64,000 bases of DNA, taken from the NCBI RefSeq assembly GCF_026210795.1, contig NC_089434.1, positions 62,001-126,000 on the forward strand. Direction: 5' to 3'. How positions within the stretch are numbered: position 1 is the first letter of the stretch; each line of letters opens with the position of its first letter. This document shows, in pieces, positions 1 to 13,530 of the stretch. Made by a program: the position numbers and the translations under genes. The stretch is from Rhizophagus irregularis (lineage: Eukaryota). The notes under the pieces were generated by a model that was not told where the DNA came from, searched no databases, and saw only the letters and a program-made list of their open reading frames with translations.

Positions 1-2414
1 TTCTTCGTCATCAATTAATGAATGCTCATCATTATTAATTCTTTTTTTCTTTCCATAAAAATGTATAAGATCCGAAAGCTCTTCTTCACATAGTTTTGTA
101 AAGCATTTTTATACATTTTTTATCAAGCGGCACTTCATGAGGATCAAAAATTCGTAAAGAATAATATAAATTTTCATTAAGAAATCTTTTTCACAAATTT
201 GTAATAACTTTTTCAGCATAATGTTTAATAAAATCTAATTAACAAACATAATTGAGCAAAAATTTATTAATAATTAATTTAATAAATAAGTTAAAAATAA
301 ACTAGCCTGGCAAATCTTCAGGGTGTAATTCTAACTCATCTATTAACTTTCGCAAATAGGTACCATACTTCGGTAAGACATCTGCAGATCCAATAAAATT
401 TGCGGTTATAGATTCATATGCCATTTCGAGTTGTAATCATAAAGAAATATAATCAAATTGAAAAACCAATATAATTTTTTTTAAAATAAAAAAAATATCA
501 GCAAAAAATTTCGTAATAATAAGAAATTCGGTATTCACATTGCATTAAATAAGAATTTAGCCATATTAGATGAATTAACATCACGTTGTAATGCTTTTTG
601 AATGGGTTCAATTATTTGGTGAAAATTGTTAATTACATTATACCATGATAGCCATCACGTATCACATACATTAAGAATTGTTAAATCAGAAATTTCCATA
701 TCTTCTTTGATTTTTTTAATTCATACATTCGCTTATATGAATTAGAAAAATAAGAATAAATTCCTTTAATTATAGTTTTATAATGTGCGAAATATGGTGT
801 TTCATTTGCAGCTTCTTCTGAAGCTAAGTGTAAGCGATATGCAACACAATGTGTTGATGTAATAAAATTATTAAGTTTTTTTAGTTGAGTTGCAACACCA
901 TTACGAATGCCTAAGTAAAATGATAAAATATATATATATATATATTATTAAATTATATATTTTTGATTAATTAATTATTATTTAATAATTACCTGTCATG
1001 GTTGCAGCTCCGTCACTACCAAAATGTTTTAATATCCAGTTCTTTTTGAGTTATAAAAAGGTTTATTACATTCATAATTCCATCAGCCGATGCATCTGTT
1101 ATTTGTGTCAATCCAAGAAAATGAAAATAGATCCACCATTTACTAAATGTTTCGAAACTAATGCAATAGTTTTTTCAGATATAACATTTGTATTGCTTTC
1201 ATCAATAAGTAAACTCTAACATGGTGATTCTTTAACCTCAGCAACAACGCTTTCTTCAACAATAGTAAATATAGAAAAAAGTAATTTTCTTTCTGCAACT
1301 GCATTTTTATAAAGTGCATAATTATTAGTTGAAGATGATGAAGTTGTAATTTCAGAATGATTTTGAAGAAGAGGTGGACGAAGATTTTGGATAAAATTTT
1401 CATCCCCAGTTTGATATTGATAATTAATTTGATATGTAATTAAATCACAAAGAGATCTATAATTATTAAGTGCTATATTATGTTGTGTTAAATAATATAC
1501 ATTACGCATACAACAAATAATTAATGCTTGATTATGGTTCATTTGTTGCATAAAGCCTTCTTTAATTGTCAACTGATCTGAATTTTTTGCATTAATTGCT
1601 TTTATATGCCTTTCAATACAATCTTCCTTTAACCACTCCAAACCAGTAGTTGTCCACACATTAGAACTATTTGCATTTTTGCATATTTTACAAAACATAA
1701 CTTCTTTTCCATTTCTTTTTTCACAATATAACCATGGATATTTGAAAGGATCTTTTAGTGTTCCGAAACGAGTCGAGCTGACTCGCGAGTTGGTTGAGTC
1801 GAGTCGAGTCGAGTCGAGTTGAAAATTACAATCAAATCGATTCAATTTGAGTCGAGTTAATAATTTAATAAAATCGAGTCGAGTCGAGTTAAGCCGAATT
1901 AAACATAATTCCGGCCAAATTTATGGAATTTCCTTTTTTGGAAATTATGTTACACAAAATCCGAGACGAAAATTTTTTGAAAATTACAAAAATGGAATTT
2001 TGTGGAATGGCTATTACCAAAAAAAGGAAATGATTGACATAGCCGAATAAAATCACATGATTTAATTCGACTCGACTTGATTTGGTTTGACGGGCCAACT
2101 CAATTCGAATCGAGTTGAGTTTATATTTTTATAATTTTAACTCGACTCGACTCGACTCGTTCGGAGCTCTAGCCAAGATGGATTCCATTTAAGGTTATCT
2201 TTTTCTAAACATGAATATTTATTTTTTTTTATTTTTATTTTTCGCCTTAAATAATCTCATTTAATTCTCCTTCACTATTAATTTCATTATCTTCAACATC
2301 ACTAATTTGAATAACCTCTGTATTTTTATCATTTCGACTTCTTTTTTTTGTTGGTTTGTCAGTTTTTTTCTCTTGAGGAGTATAATTATTTAGATATTTT
2401 ATGATATCTTCCAT
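1..2414 (-). pseudogene. hAT/ZNF862-like transposase pseudogene (introns, stops, MITE insertion)
   Basis: Minus-strand motifs KWNPSW|LKDPFKYPWL..MFCKIC (N-terminal Zn finger), LLIDES, FGSDGAATMTG, THCVAYRLHLA, DT*WLS. ORF 1216-1845 is part of it. Confidence 0.85.
1758..2169. mobile_element. MITE with (GAGTC)n subterminal repeats inserted in the hAT transposase
   Basis: Ends gtgttccgaaacgagtcgag / revcomp gagctccgaacgagtcgag, flanked by TA. Removing it plus one TA restores codons P-S-W-L-K-D-P. Confidence 0.85.
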
Positions 2415-2914
2415 TCTTATTACGCTTAAAAAAAAAGAAAAATTAGATTATCATATCATTTATCTAATACGAATATATATACGATGCATATCAAATTTTT
2501 TTGTGCGTGGAATAAAATTTTTTGTGCACGAAAATGTGCACTATTATTTGTGCACTATAGATAAACTACGTGTGAAAAAAAATTGGTGTATGGCAGTCTG
2601 CCAGATGATCAGTAATTGAAAGGGACCAATAAATTAATTAGCATAACGAAAACAATTTTTAAGAACATTGGATATCATTTAAGGATCTTATAGAAAAGGC
2701 TTTAATTTTTAGCGGCGCTGAAAATTTTGATGATAGTCATGTATTAATTATTAAGTATTATTTGATTCTTGCATCAAATCATTAAGTTTAGCATTATTTG
2801 AAGACTTTTTTATTTAATATAATAATTACAAACATGCTATTATTTTATGTATTTATTATAGCTTTGAAGGATATCGAAATGTGAATTATTATTCCGTGAA
2901 TGAAAATAAAAAAC

Positions 2915-3769
2915 TCATTCATCATTATTGACTAAAAAAGGAAAAGAAATTAATAAATTTTATATTTACGACTAAAAAAGAAAAAAAAAATTAATAAATT
3001 TTGTACTTACCATTTTGATCTTCTATATTTAGAGTATTCGTATTTTGAGTATTCCGGCTCCCATATGCTATAAAATAATTAAGAAAATCAATAAAAATTT
3101 ATAATTTGATTAAACTTTTATACTTTACATACCATTTCTTCTGTTTCGTCTGCATTGAGTTATATTAATACCAATTGAAGCCTGTACAAACTGATCATCT
3201 AGAAACATATTAAATCATATTAAATAAAACAATTTACCTCTTTAATATAATCATTTTGTTGATTATATAATGTTGTTAGATTTAAAAGTTCTTACCTGGT
3301 TTCTCCCAAAACCGTGTATTCATGACTTCAAAAAAAAATGGCACCAGCACGGCTTCTTGCCCCTCTTGGATCATTTGCAATCACTAATAATTGATCCTAA
3401 AGTATTAAGTGTTAAATAAGTATTAAAATTACTATTACAACAAATTTTTATTAATATTTAACTCACGTAATAACCGGTCACTAATCCATTGAATTTTGTT
3501 TGGCACTGTTTGCCCAAATAATTGCTCCTACACCTCTTATTTACTTTATTCGCAACGGAATTCCAGAAATTTTTTCTATTTCTTCCTGCAATTTGATAAT
3601 GGTACTCGAAGTTTCTTAACCTCCGCTGCTCAATCAAAGCAGCGATTTGGTCATCCAACCACTCCACCCGGCCGGAAGAATAAATTATAGTGTCAAAAAT
3701 GGAGGTAGTATTGACATTGATGGTATTGGTATCATTGACGGTGGTTGAATCAGTTGAAGATGAGGACAT
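2915..3769 (-). CDS. Myb/SANT-like (trihelix/MADF-type) DNA-binding protein, multi-exon
   Basis: ORF 3458-3814: VEWLDDQIAALIEQRR..RKNFWNSVANKV..GKQCQTKFNGLVTGY (W..W..C..K(F/W)..L pattern). Next exon RSRAGAIFFEVMNTRFWEKP; GT-AG introns. 3' exons approximate. Confidence 0.75.
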
Positions 3770-4820
3770 TGTTTGAAATTTTGTTAAAAAATTATTTAGA
3801 ATATTTGGAAACATATTTGATAAAAAAAAATGTATTGATTATAAAAAAAAATATGTATTGATTATTAATTAGTATAGATTATTAAAAAAATGCGAGAAAG
3901 TTCTTGTAACAATTCTAATTATGCCATTCAATTATCATGATATTACATCATTTTATTTTTTAATTATTAGTACAATTTTTAATGTAACACCATTTCAAAA
4001 TGATTTCGTTGATTCATGATATTATATCATAAAATTCACAAAACATAGAATTCGTAAAACTCTGTCTCTTGTCCATTAAAAGTGATTAAAATGTCGATCT
4101 TCCATTGTTTTCCATCGTACAAAAAAAAAAATTAGCCATTAAAAGTGATTAAAAATTTTGTAAATTAGGCCCAGTATTATTCTTACGTAAAAATTAACAT
4201 TTATTTATTACAACTTACTAATGCGAAAAAAAATTAATTAATTTTATTAATTTTACATCTCGGATTGATTTAATGTTAATTTTCAAATGTTGAATTAATG
4301 TTAAGCGTGTTAAACGAATTTGTTGAGCAAAAATTATGCTTATGTAATACGCGATTAATAATTTTTCATTTGATGAAAGTCACGAGACATACTATCTTCT
4401 TGCTTATATTATACACGATTATCACTAAGCTTGAAATGGAAATCAAATGTGTCATTATTTCTTTATTTGGCACAGGTCGAAATATAATATACCGGTCATC
4501 AATCGGTCATATAACTGATTGGTACCTGATTGGTAGCTGATCTGTTACTGATTCATTCATTCAGATACCAACCGGTCATCAATCAGGCATTTATTTCAAT
4601 CGGCTACACATCAGTTGTATGACCGATTGGTGCCGATTGGTGACTGATTGGTGCCAGTTTAACAATCGGTAAACAATCAGCCATCTGTCATCTATATTGG
4701 AAGTTGACCGATTGGTTGCCGATTGGATATTGTTGACCATCAGTTATCAATCGGCTATCAGCAGGTCGAATTATTGTCAATCGGGTACCAATCAGGCATA
4801 TGTCCGATTGATACAGATTA

Positions 4821-5106
4821 CAGCTATTTGCGAAATAATGGACCACTTACAGCTATTTGCGAAAATAATGGACCACCTAATTCATTTTCGACTGCGTATG
4901 AAATTTTCATACGCAGTCATACGCATGGTAATATCTGCCCGGACCGTTAAACTCATTTTTTGAGTTTTTCATATGTAATCATCCGCAGTTATATCACAAT
5001 AATTCTAGCAGTTAACTATGCGTATATGACTGCGTATGGCTGCATATGAAATATTCATACGCAATCAAAAATCGAATTAGCTGGTCCGTTATTTTGCAAA
5101 TAGTTG
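4821..5106. mobile_element. Tc1/mariner-type MITE
   Basis: TA|cagctatttgcgaaataatggacca ... tggtccgttattttgcaaatagttg|TA. The left TIR is tandemly duplicated; internal inverted repeats. Confidence 0.75.
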
Positions 5107-5730
5107 TAATAGATGATTTGTATGTAGCCGATTGATGCTCATTCAATAAATGTGCTTTATGATTTTATCTGATCTAAGACTTATCGAAGAATAAAAATTC
5201 GATACTACTGGCCGACTTATTTTAACTGTTACTAGTAAACCGAACAATGATGGAAATCATAATAAAAATGTATGTACCCACATTCTTTTATATTGCATAA
5301 GCTAGTAAATGATTTATTCTAAATAATAAACAATTTTGTCACCAATTGTATTAAAAGATTTAATAATTCTCCTAATTACCCACTGAAAATTTATCATTTG
5401 ACTATACATGATGAAATAATGTGTACAAAATGAACAAGGAAATATACAAGGAATGATATTTAATAAAGAAAAAATAGGCAGAAAGTCAAAGATTTTTATA
5501 AAAAAGAATATCGTTGGATGATTAAAGAAATAATTGAAAAAAGAAATATTACAATAATATTATTTGAAGGAAGTATTTTTAGAAAAAAAAAAATTAACTG
5601 TATGTACTAATTAATATACATAAAATTCGCAAAAGCAGGGGAGGGGGATCGGTTATTAGTGAAAAATAGGTAAATAGAATACAAAATATAGGAAATCACC
5701 ACCATCACAACACCACCACAATCACTACCA

Positions 5731-7727
5731 TCAATCGTCCATTTCAAGATAATCATCGTCAGAAAGTTGGTCAGAAGGTTGGCCAGAAGGTTGGTTGGAA
5801 GATTGGCCGGAAGGTTGTTGGTTGGAGGATTGATCGGAAGGTTGTTGGTTGGAGGATTAATCAGAAGGTTGTTGGTTAGAGGATTGGTCGGAAGATTGGT
5901 TAGAAGGTTGGTTGGAAGATTGGTTGGAAGGTTGGTCAGTACTTGTTAATAAAACAGTCTCTTCCATTTCTTCCTCCCCTTCTCCAACGTCAGCATCATA
6001 TCCATCATTAAAGGACTTTTCACTTTCCGCAAATTTCATCAAGTCATACTGCTGGTCTTGACGCTGGTCCAGCTGCTGGGTGACTGCGATCTTTAACTTT
6101 CCTTTATATCTGGAACGAGTCCAATGCGGCGCCAACAAAGGCGCCGCTGGTTCATTATTACAAAAACAATTGCCCGTAACTCGCTCACGTAATTTTCTAT
6201 TATTTGGTTGTTCAGTTCTTAATCGGTCAATATATTCACGCAAAAATAATCGTAACTTAAAAAAATTAAAATAGTTGGTAAAATTAAAAATAGTTAGAAA
6301 TAGTTAGAAATAGTTAGAAATAGTTAGTAAATAAATTAAAAATAGGTAGAAATAGTTAGTAAAATTAAAAATAGTCAGAAATGGTAAAATTAAAAATAAT
6401 AAAAGCAGGAAGAAATACTCACTGTGTCAGATCTCCACTTAAGATCTTTGACAATAATATTGCTTCTCCCGTTTTCGCAATCAGTCTCGGATTCCTCGGG
6501 TGAATGGTAAGCGTTATTGTCAATTATTAATTGTAAGTCTTCGTCCTTAAATTTCTTGACTAATGAATTTTTCACCATCTGTAAATGTTTTATTAGTCTT
6601 CCCCTTTTTAATCTTTTCTGTATTAGATAAGAAGTTAGTATTAAGCAAATATATACACTGTACAAAACTTTATTTACTCACGTCATGGCGTCTGGAATTG
6701 GAATGTTTTCTTTTTTCTTGCAGTTTTTTTCTTGACGATGACCGATTCTTTTTAAGGTGCTCTTCACGTCGATGACGATGAAAGGAGTGAATTATATCAT
6801 ATAAAATTTCGTTAGAAATAGGAAATATATTATTATTAATATTTTCCATTATACTAGATATAATATCGTTAATAACACGATTTCGCTGATTAGTGAATGT
6901 TTGACCCAAATCAATCCTTCTCCCTTCTGGTAACGCATCATACTTCCAAATAACTTCCTTCTATATAAAATCAACAATATCAGTTAATAAATATATATAA
7001 AATTAATTTGAGATATCCTTATTTATTCTTAAGGCTTCTCTTAGATCTTTTGGCATATCACTCTTCGTCAAATAGAAGGGAGTATTTGAACTATTTGAGC
7101 TATAGGAGCTGTCCGAATCACTTGAATCGTCTGAACTTGATTGGACTGGGGCTTTTCCCTTTGCTTTATCGCTGATGGCTTTTCTGGAATTTTTGTCACC
7201 ATCGTTAGTATTTTTTTTTTGACGGCCTTTTTATTACCCCTGTATTTTTCATTAGTAGCGCTGGTTACAGCGCTTACATCTTCTTTTTCATTAGTGGCGC
7301 TGGTTACAGCGCCAGCGCTTTCATCTTCTTTTTCATTAGTGGCGCTGATTACAGCGCTTTCTTCACCTTTTTCACTAATACCGCTAGTTACAGCGGTGTC
7401 GCTTTTTCCATTTTAATTGTTATATCCTCATCTGACGATCTAAGAATTGGTTCTTGTTGAGAACCAGCCTGTGAAGAACCCCGTGAAGAAACAGCCCGTG
7501 AAGAAACAGCCCGTGAAGAACCTGGCACCCCGTAGGGTTCATTATTTTGCTGTTCTTGTTGTCCTTGTATAATATTCGCAATTTTTTCAAAAAAATATTT
7601 GGCTTGTTGGGTAAAAGCTATTAATTTAGATAATCATTAGTTTTTAGTAATATCCTGATATCTGCTGTCCGCCGATCAACTTACCCAATAGCTCGTCTAC
7701 TTTCTCTAAATCTTTCTTATTGGACAT
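5731..7727 (-). pseudogene. Uncharacterised CACTA-associated 'YHSPE' family gene, copy 1 (multi-exon)
   Basis: Exons give MPKDLREALR, HRHRREE..KHSNSRRHD, NNAYHSPEESETD..WRSDT, LRLFLREYID..APHWT. Homologous to 14229-19107 and 26576-27765. Likely premature TAA in repeats. Confidence 0.7.
5765..5940. repeat. 12/15-bp coding minisatellite (QPSN/QPSD repeats)
   Basis: Repeated ggttggtcagaa/ggttggttggaa units. Confidence 0.85.
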
Positions 7728-7926
7728 ATTTAATTCAATTTTTTTAAATTTTTTTAAAAAACATAAAAATATCCACAGTATAGAAAGAAATCAGTATTTT
7801 TTTTTCAGATCGATTATTTTCATTATTTTTAACAATTTTAACAATTTTCAATTGTTCTAACAATTAACAATTAAATGATTAATAAATTTAATAAATTAAA
7901 ATCTTGACAATTAATCATTAGACTAA

Positions 7927-8165
7927 TGATGTAATGATGTAATATTATACGCGAAATTTGCAGAAATTAAGCTATGTTATATGTTATTTAATAAGATATC
8001 ATTGACTTACAACTTTTCTATAATTTATTATTTGACTGTAACGATGTAATGATGTAATATGATACGCGAAATTTGCAGAAATTAAGCAACACTGATATAT
8101 GTTATATGTTATTTAATAAGATATATCATTGACTTACAAACTTTTCTATTATTTATTATTTGACT
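7927..8165. repeat. ~115-bp tandem duplication
   Basis: Two copies of gatgtaatgatgtaatattatacgcgaaatttgcagaaattaagc...tttattatttgact. Confidence 0.8.
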
Positions 8166-8199
8166 TTATTATTCGACAAATATTATATCGAAATAAGAC

Positions 8200-8600
8200 T
8201 TACTCGCATATTTCACGTATTTTAATTTTACTGTCTTCATCCTCCTCACCCTCCTCACTTCTGATATTATTTATTTTGACAGAGGATGCTAACATCAGAG
8301 CACTGCTGAACGAATTCACTTCTTGATTATTTAATAAAGTTCCCATTTCTGAATTATTAAGTAGGGATAGTTGAGTTTCTAATATATCGATCTTTTGTTG
8401 TAGAAAATCATTTGCTTCTTTCTGCATACTCATGATTTCCGTTAACGCACGATTACAGTTTTCTAATTCTACAACCTTTTTCCGAGATTCTATATCCCTG
8501 ATCGTTGAGTGATTCGACATTATTTGTAAAGAGTCATTTACTCGCGTTAAATTCTCATTCTTTCGTATCAGATTTTGCCTAATGTATTTAAGGCTACTAT
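8200..8600 (-). CDS. Small coiled-coil protein or fragment, cargo of the inner CACAG element
   Basis: ORF 8200-8520 with heptad-like KVVELENCNRALTEIMSMQKEANDFLQQKIDILETQL; no family recognised. Confidence 0.35.
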
Positions 8601-10477
8601 GTTTATGCTTTCAGCCCATTATAACCCCTAGGATTAAAATAAAAATCAATTTATAACCTTTGACTATTTATAAAAAAATGAGATAAAAAAAAAATGCAGA
8701 TATAAAAACCGAATATTGTGATATTCGTACGAAAGACCAATAACTATAAGAAAAAACCGGTATGAATATATAAAATAATTGTTAAGAATGTTTATTATTA
8801 TATTAAAGCGGAATCGGTTTATATAAAAGAAAATCGATAACCGTAAAAAAGAAACTGACTTGAATGTAATCTTTGTTTTCACCGACCTATTAAAATTGAA
8901 GGATATGCATTAAATTTTCAAGTAAATTTGTTCCATTTGATCATTATCGGTATACCTGTAATAAATTTTTGAAATTACAATCCACTTTCAAAAAAACTTT
9001 CAAACGTAAGAGATGACCGGCAGAAACATATCCGCCGATTTGCGGAATTGAGGCCTTTAGTCATTTAGTTTATGATAAATAAAAATGATAAAAATATTCC
9101 AAAAACCATTATGGAAATGATCAGATGGACAATACTATCACGTGCATATAACATTTGTAATAAGCGTATGTGAAATTTTCAAAAAACTCATATATTTTGG
9201 CATCCTATTATTTAAACCAAACAAAATTATGCTTAATTGAAAGCTCTATTTGAGTAGAATCTACTAATAATATTTTCATAAAAATAAATTTTTATATTAG
9301 TTAAGTTATTAATTTTTGTAATATATTATTTATTATTTAAAAAAAATTATTTTTTCTGTAACTTGTGATTCAAATATAGTAAAATTATACCAAAATAAAG
9401 CTTTAAATAAGATAATTCTAATGATATTAAAATAAACCTATTATTGACAAGGAGTTAAAGAGATCACATAAGTTTCCCACTATCAGATTCTTGAATAAAA
9501 TTTGCCTAAGTTTAAAATAAATGATAAAACTTTTTATTACTTAAAATTCTTTAAAATATGATATAAAATAAACAAATAAATAAACAAATAAATCATACCA
9601 AGTTTTGCTTTAAGTTCTAGGCTTTTACACTTTTTTACAACTTTACTACACGTTAAAAACCTTTAGAAACAAATAAAAATAGTTACTTATTATATTTAAT
9701 GTACAAATAACATGAAAGACTTTTCTATATCATAAACCCATCTAAACGTTAAAAACCCATCTTCTTTCGCGTTGTTTATTTGTGTTTATAGATAGTATAT
9801 TATTTATTTCAAAAGTAAAAGTTCCATTTTTTTTTATCAGTCCGCAAAAGATGATCATGTAACGCAATTAAAATTAGGGGTTGTGAAACAAATATCACGT
9901 TTTTCAAAATTAAATTGTTAAATCCTTAATTTAGGCCAGTTCCGAAGATCAGCGCATATGAGCTGATGAACTTATTTATCATGAGTTTTTTTATAATCGG
10001 CACGATTTTTATTGCTGCTTACAGACTAATTACTCATGCATGATTACCTTATAAGAAAATCAATCAAATAAATTATATTGGAACTTTTTTATTGTAACTT
10101 TAATGCTGCAGTGGCGTATTGGTTAGGGAATGTAATACCTGGATTATATTTCTGAGTTCAGTACCTGCTGTATGCATTACTTTCCAGAATATTTGACCAT
10201 GACCGTGAGTTCTCTGGACCGGTTGGCTTGGATGCCGTGAGTCCTTTGGACCGGCCCGAGTCTTGATATTCTGATCTTTTTTGTATATTAACAACAGTCG
10301 AAGGGTTATTTAACTATCATTTTAGTTACTTGAATTGAAATAGTCGTGTAACTAATTAATTACTCAAAATAAAAATATAATACATCGTACACTTCCATTA
10401 AATGTTAAAGTAAATCTGCATATTTAAAATTTATATTTTCACCAAACAATAGAATTCTATTATACCAGTAAAAATTC

Positions 10478-13400
10478 TCACAAATGAAACTGCCTATTTA
10501 TTAGGATTACAGCATTATATGTAATAGGATTCTTTTTGCCAATTACAAATTCACCAGATACAAAGCGACTATATAGGTAATGAATTGGAATTAAACAATC
10601 TCGCTCTATCTCATAAAATTCATTTCGCAAAAGTTCAATATTTGAGCTTTTTTCATCACTATCAATACTTGTATAAAATCGGGTTTTCTGGTTTGGCGCC
10701 AGTTTATACCATTTAACAAATACTAATCGATGTGTTTTAAGTTCACCCGAAATTCTCACAGTATGTTCAAAATAATACTGTACCTGACCTGGAAATAAGT
10801 CGGTCGTTTCATTGTTTTGGATAAATTTCGCCAAAACATTTGCGTTTTTCAGGTATCAGGGTGCCATTGCCGATCCAAACACTTCTGCTGAGATCCTAAC
10901 CCGCCCAAATTGATCAACCATATTTGGCACAACTATTGCATCTCTTGAACTGGTTGATGTTGACTCAGCAATTGTTACAAATTGCAAGTCGTAAGCAATA
11001 TTATAATATTCAGTTAGGATTTGATAAATATCATCAGGCAAGGCAACCCGATTTTTACATGGCGTAAGCATTTCTCCAGGAAATGGTTCGCTACCGACAA
11101 TCATTTTATCAACTTCTTGGAAGAATACCTTTCTAAATTGATACAGCTCAGTGTAATTAAAATTATCGTAAGCTGCTAAACTTCCGGAAGTTGATCGTAG
11201 TTGAATTAATTTTAAAGCTTCAACAAGCTTAACATTATTTGATTGAACGGATACAAGGTTATCAAGTCTCCAATTTCGCATTATAATTCGTAAAAGTTTG
11301 GGTTCAATTTGACGATTACTATTGGGAAAAGAGCCTATTGATATATTATTTAATAAATTATTAGCAAGCTTAAATGATTAAACAGTTCACAAAATACCTA
11401 CCGAGGATACCGTTCATTCTTTCAAAGGAAAAACACCAGAAAGAATATAATGGACCATAATCCTGGCAATAATCGGCAATATGAAGATACAAATGGAGGT
11501 TTGGGGTTATTCTTTCCGGACCATAATTTTCTTCAATTAACGTTGCAACTTTGAGCAAACGTTCGTGAGCTTCGTTCAATATGTCACAGTCAATAATTCG
11601 ATAAACTAGCAGAGAACAAGCTCTAACGAAATTCCCCAAAATTTGTCGATCTGGTTCAGCGAGCAAATCCCACATCAACGGGATAGCATAAATTAGAACA
11701 AACGTTTTATATTGGTCGGCCATAAATCCGGAAAATCCTTTTCCAGTTGTGATTTTATTTGGAATACGCCCCAAATCCGCGGGTATTTGTATGTATTTTG
11801 CTCGCTTTTCCATTTTTTCTAGATCTTGTTTCGTGATCTTGTTGCCATCGATCCATAATTTTTTAATTATCCAATGGGCTATTCCGAGGAACAAACAGTG
11901 CATTGGATCTACGACAAGGTACCTTATCGGATTAAAATACGGCAATCGAAGCAGTTCGGACCATCTAACATGGGTTGAACTCACATGACGTTTTCTTTCC
12001 TCCTCAGATTTACACAGTCTCCAAAGCTCAGCATTCCGTCAATGTTCATCCAAATCTCTTTCTACAAACCAGTCAACCATATCATCAAAGCCGCCAAAAT
12101 TTGACTTATTTCCATTTCCATTTGAATTTGCAGTTTTATAACACCTATGGCAGCTCACTGATGCCTGATATGTGACTGCGAGTTCCTCGCCGCAGGAATG
12201 TCATTCGAACAGCATATTAATGCCAATCGGATATTTTTTTCAGCGGCGGGAATCTCAATCCCATCCCAGAACTCTAATAACTCATCAACAATCGGAGCGA
12301 GATAATGGTTAATTTTGTGTAACTTAACCTCGCTTGGTCCCGGTAGTAGACCAAGCGTCAACATATTTTCTTTTTTAAATCTAATTTCACGCGGTAGGTT
12401 ACAAATAACCCCATAAATAGCCCCACAGCTGTATACAGATGACTCGAAAGGCTGAAACCAATCGAGATTAATCATAATTCCCAAGTGGGAATCTGCAGTC
12501 TCCGGTGTAAAAAATGGGACGTCTGAAGTATCTGGAAAAGTTTTCCAGATTTTACCGTCATAAATATCTGCTAACATACCATTATTTACATCCTGATTGG
12601 TCCATTTTCATAGTTGTTGCTTGAATTCTGGTCTCTGGTACAAATTGTTTATCTGTATTTTCAAATTCGGCAATGGAAATAACAATTTGGGGCGTCTTTT
12701 ATTTCCATTACCATGCGGTACTTGCACAGTTAATTCCATTCCGCAAAATTTTTCCTTCGGTTTCATTGGAAATTCTATATGCGTACATTTAAATCCTTCA
12801 TCCGCAACAACATCAGCTATATTATATAATGTATTACAGCTTAGACATACTGCGTAAGTCATAGATTGGTTGTCGATTCGTAATAACTTAGTCGCAGTGT
12901 ATAAAGAAGATGGGAAATCTTTGAATCTCGTCTGATTAGCATCCATTAATACTTGATGAAAAAACTTTATTAAAGAATCTAGTGCAACATCCGGCAAGCA
13001 AAATCTTGCTTGATATTTGAATATCCATGTTAATATCCAAGAATCTGCAATATTAACATTTGTGTTGGGATATGCAAATTCTGAATCATTTTCAGGCGCA
13101 GCAAATTGTTCAACAGGATCGTCGTCCAAATCCATATTGTCTTCTGGAGAAATGTCACCTTCATATTCATATTCATTAATCGGTTCATTGCTTTCCTTAT
13201 TGGTTTCCGGTTCCCGAAACTGGTCTTGTCTACGCCTTTTTTGAGGGACAAAACCGGCAAAATCTGATTCATAATTATTATTAAATGATGTTGACTCTTC
13301 TTGTCCGGTCATTTCTTTTGATCTTGATGATCCTTCTACGATTGGACTATGATAGACGGTATGTGCTGGCTTAATCCGATTGTTTCTGGGAAAAAGGTGA

Positions 13401-13530
13401 CAAATCCGGAAACGCTAGACGCTAAATGACGCTCTAAATCTAGATGTCTTTTTCTGGTTCTTTCATCAACATATTTGCCATTGCATTCCTTGCAATCACA
13501 TGATACTTTATATCTAAGTTTTGTAGACAT
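10478..13530 (-). pseudogene. CACTA/En-Spm Tnp2 (Transposase_21-like) transposase pseudogene, copy 1
   Basis: Motifs DIYDGKIW, INLDWFQPF, ICNLPREIRFKKEN, NDIPAAR, VVDPMHCLFLG, PNLHLYLH, FWCFSFERMNG, PGQVQYYFEH; N-terminal CDCKEC. Split by stops, frameshifts and one intron. Confidence 0.92.

Larger units (their letters stand above)
1..2600 (-). mobile_element. hAT-family DNA transposon, truncated by the window edge
   Basis: Carries a hAT transposase pseudogene. Right end ...tggtgtatggcagtctg (revcomp CAGACTGCCATACACCA) at 2600 is preceded by subterminal tgtgcac repeats (2500-2560). Partner TIR not in window. Confidence 0.65.
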
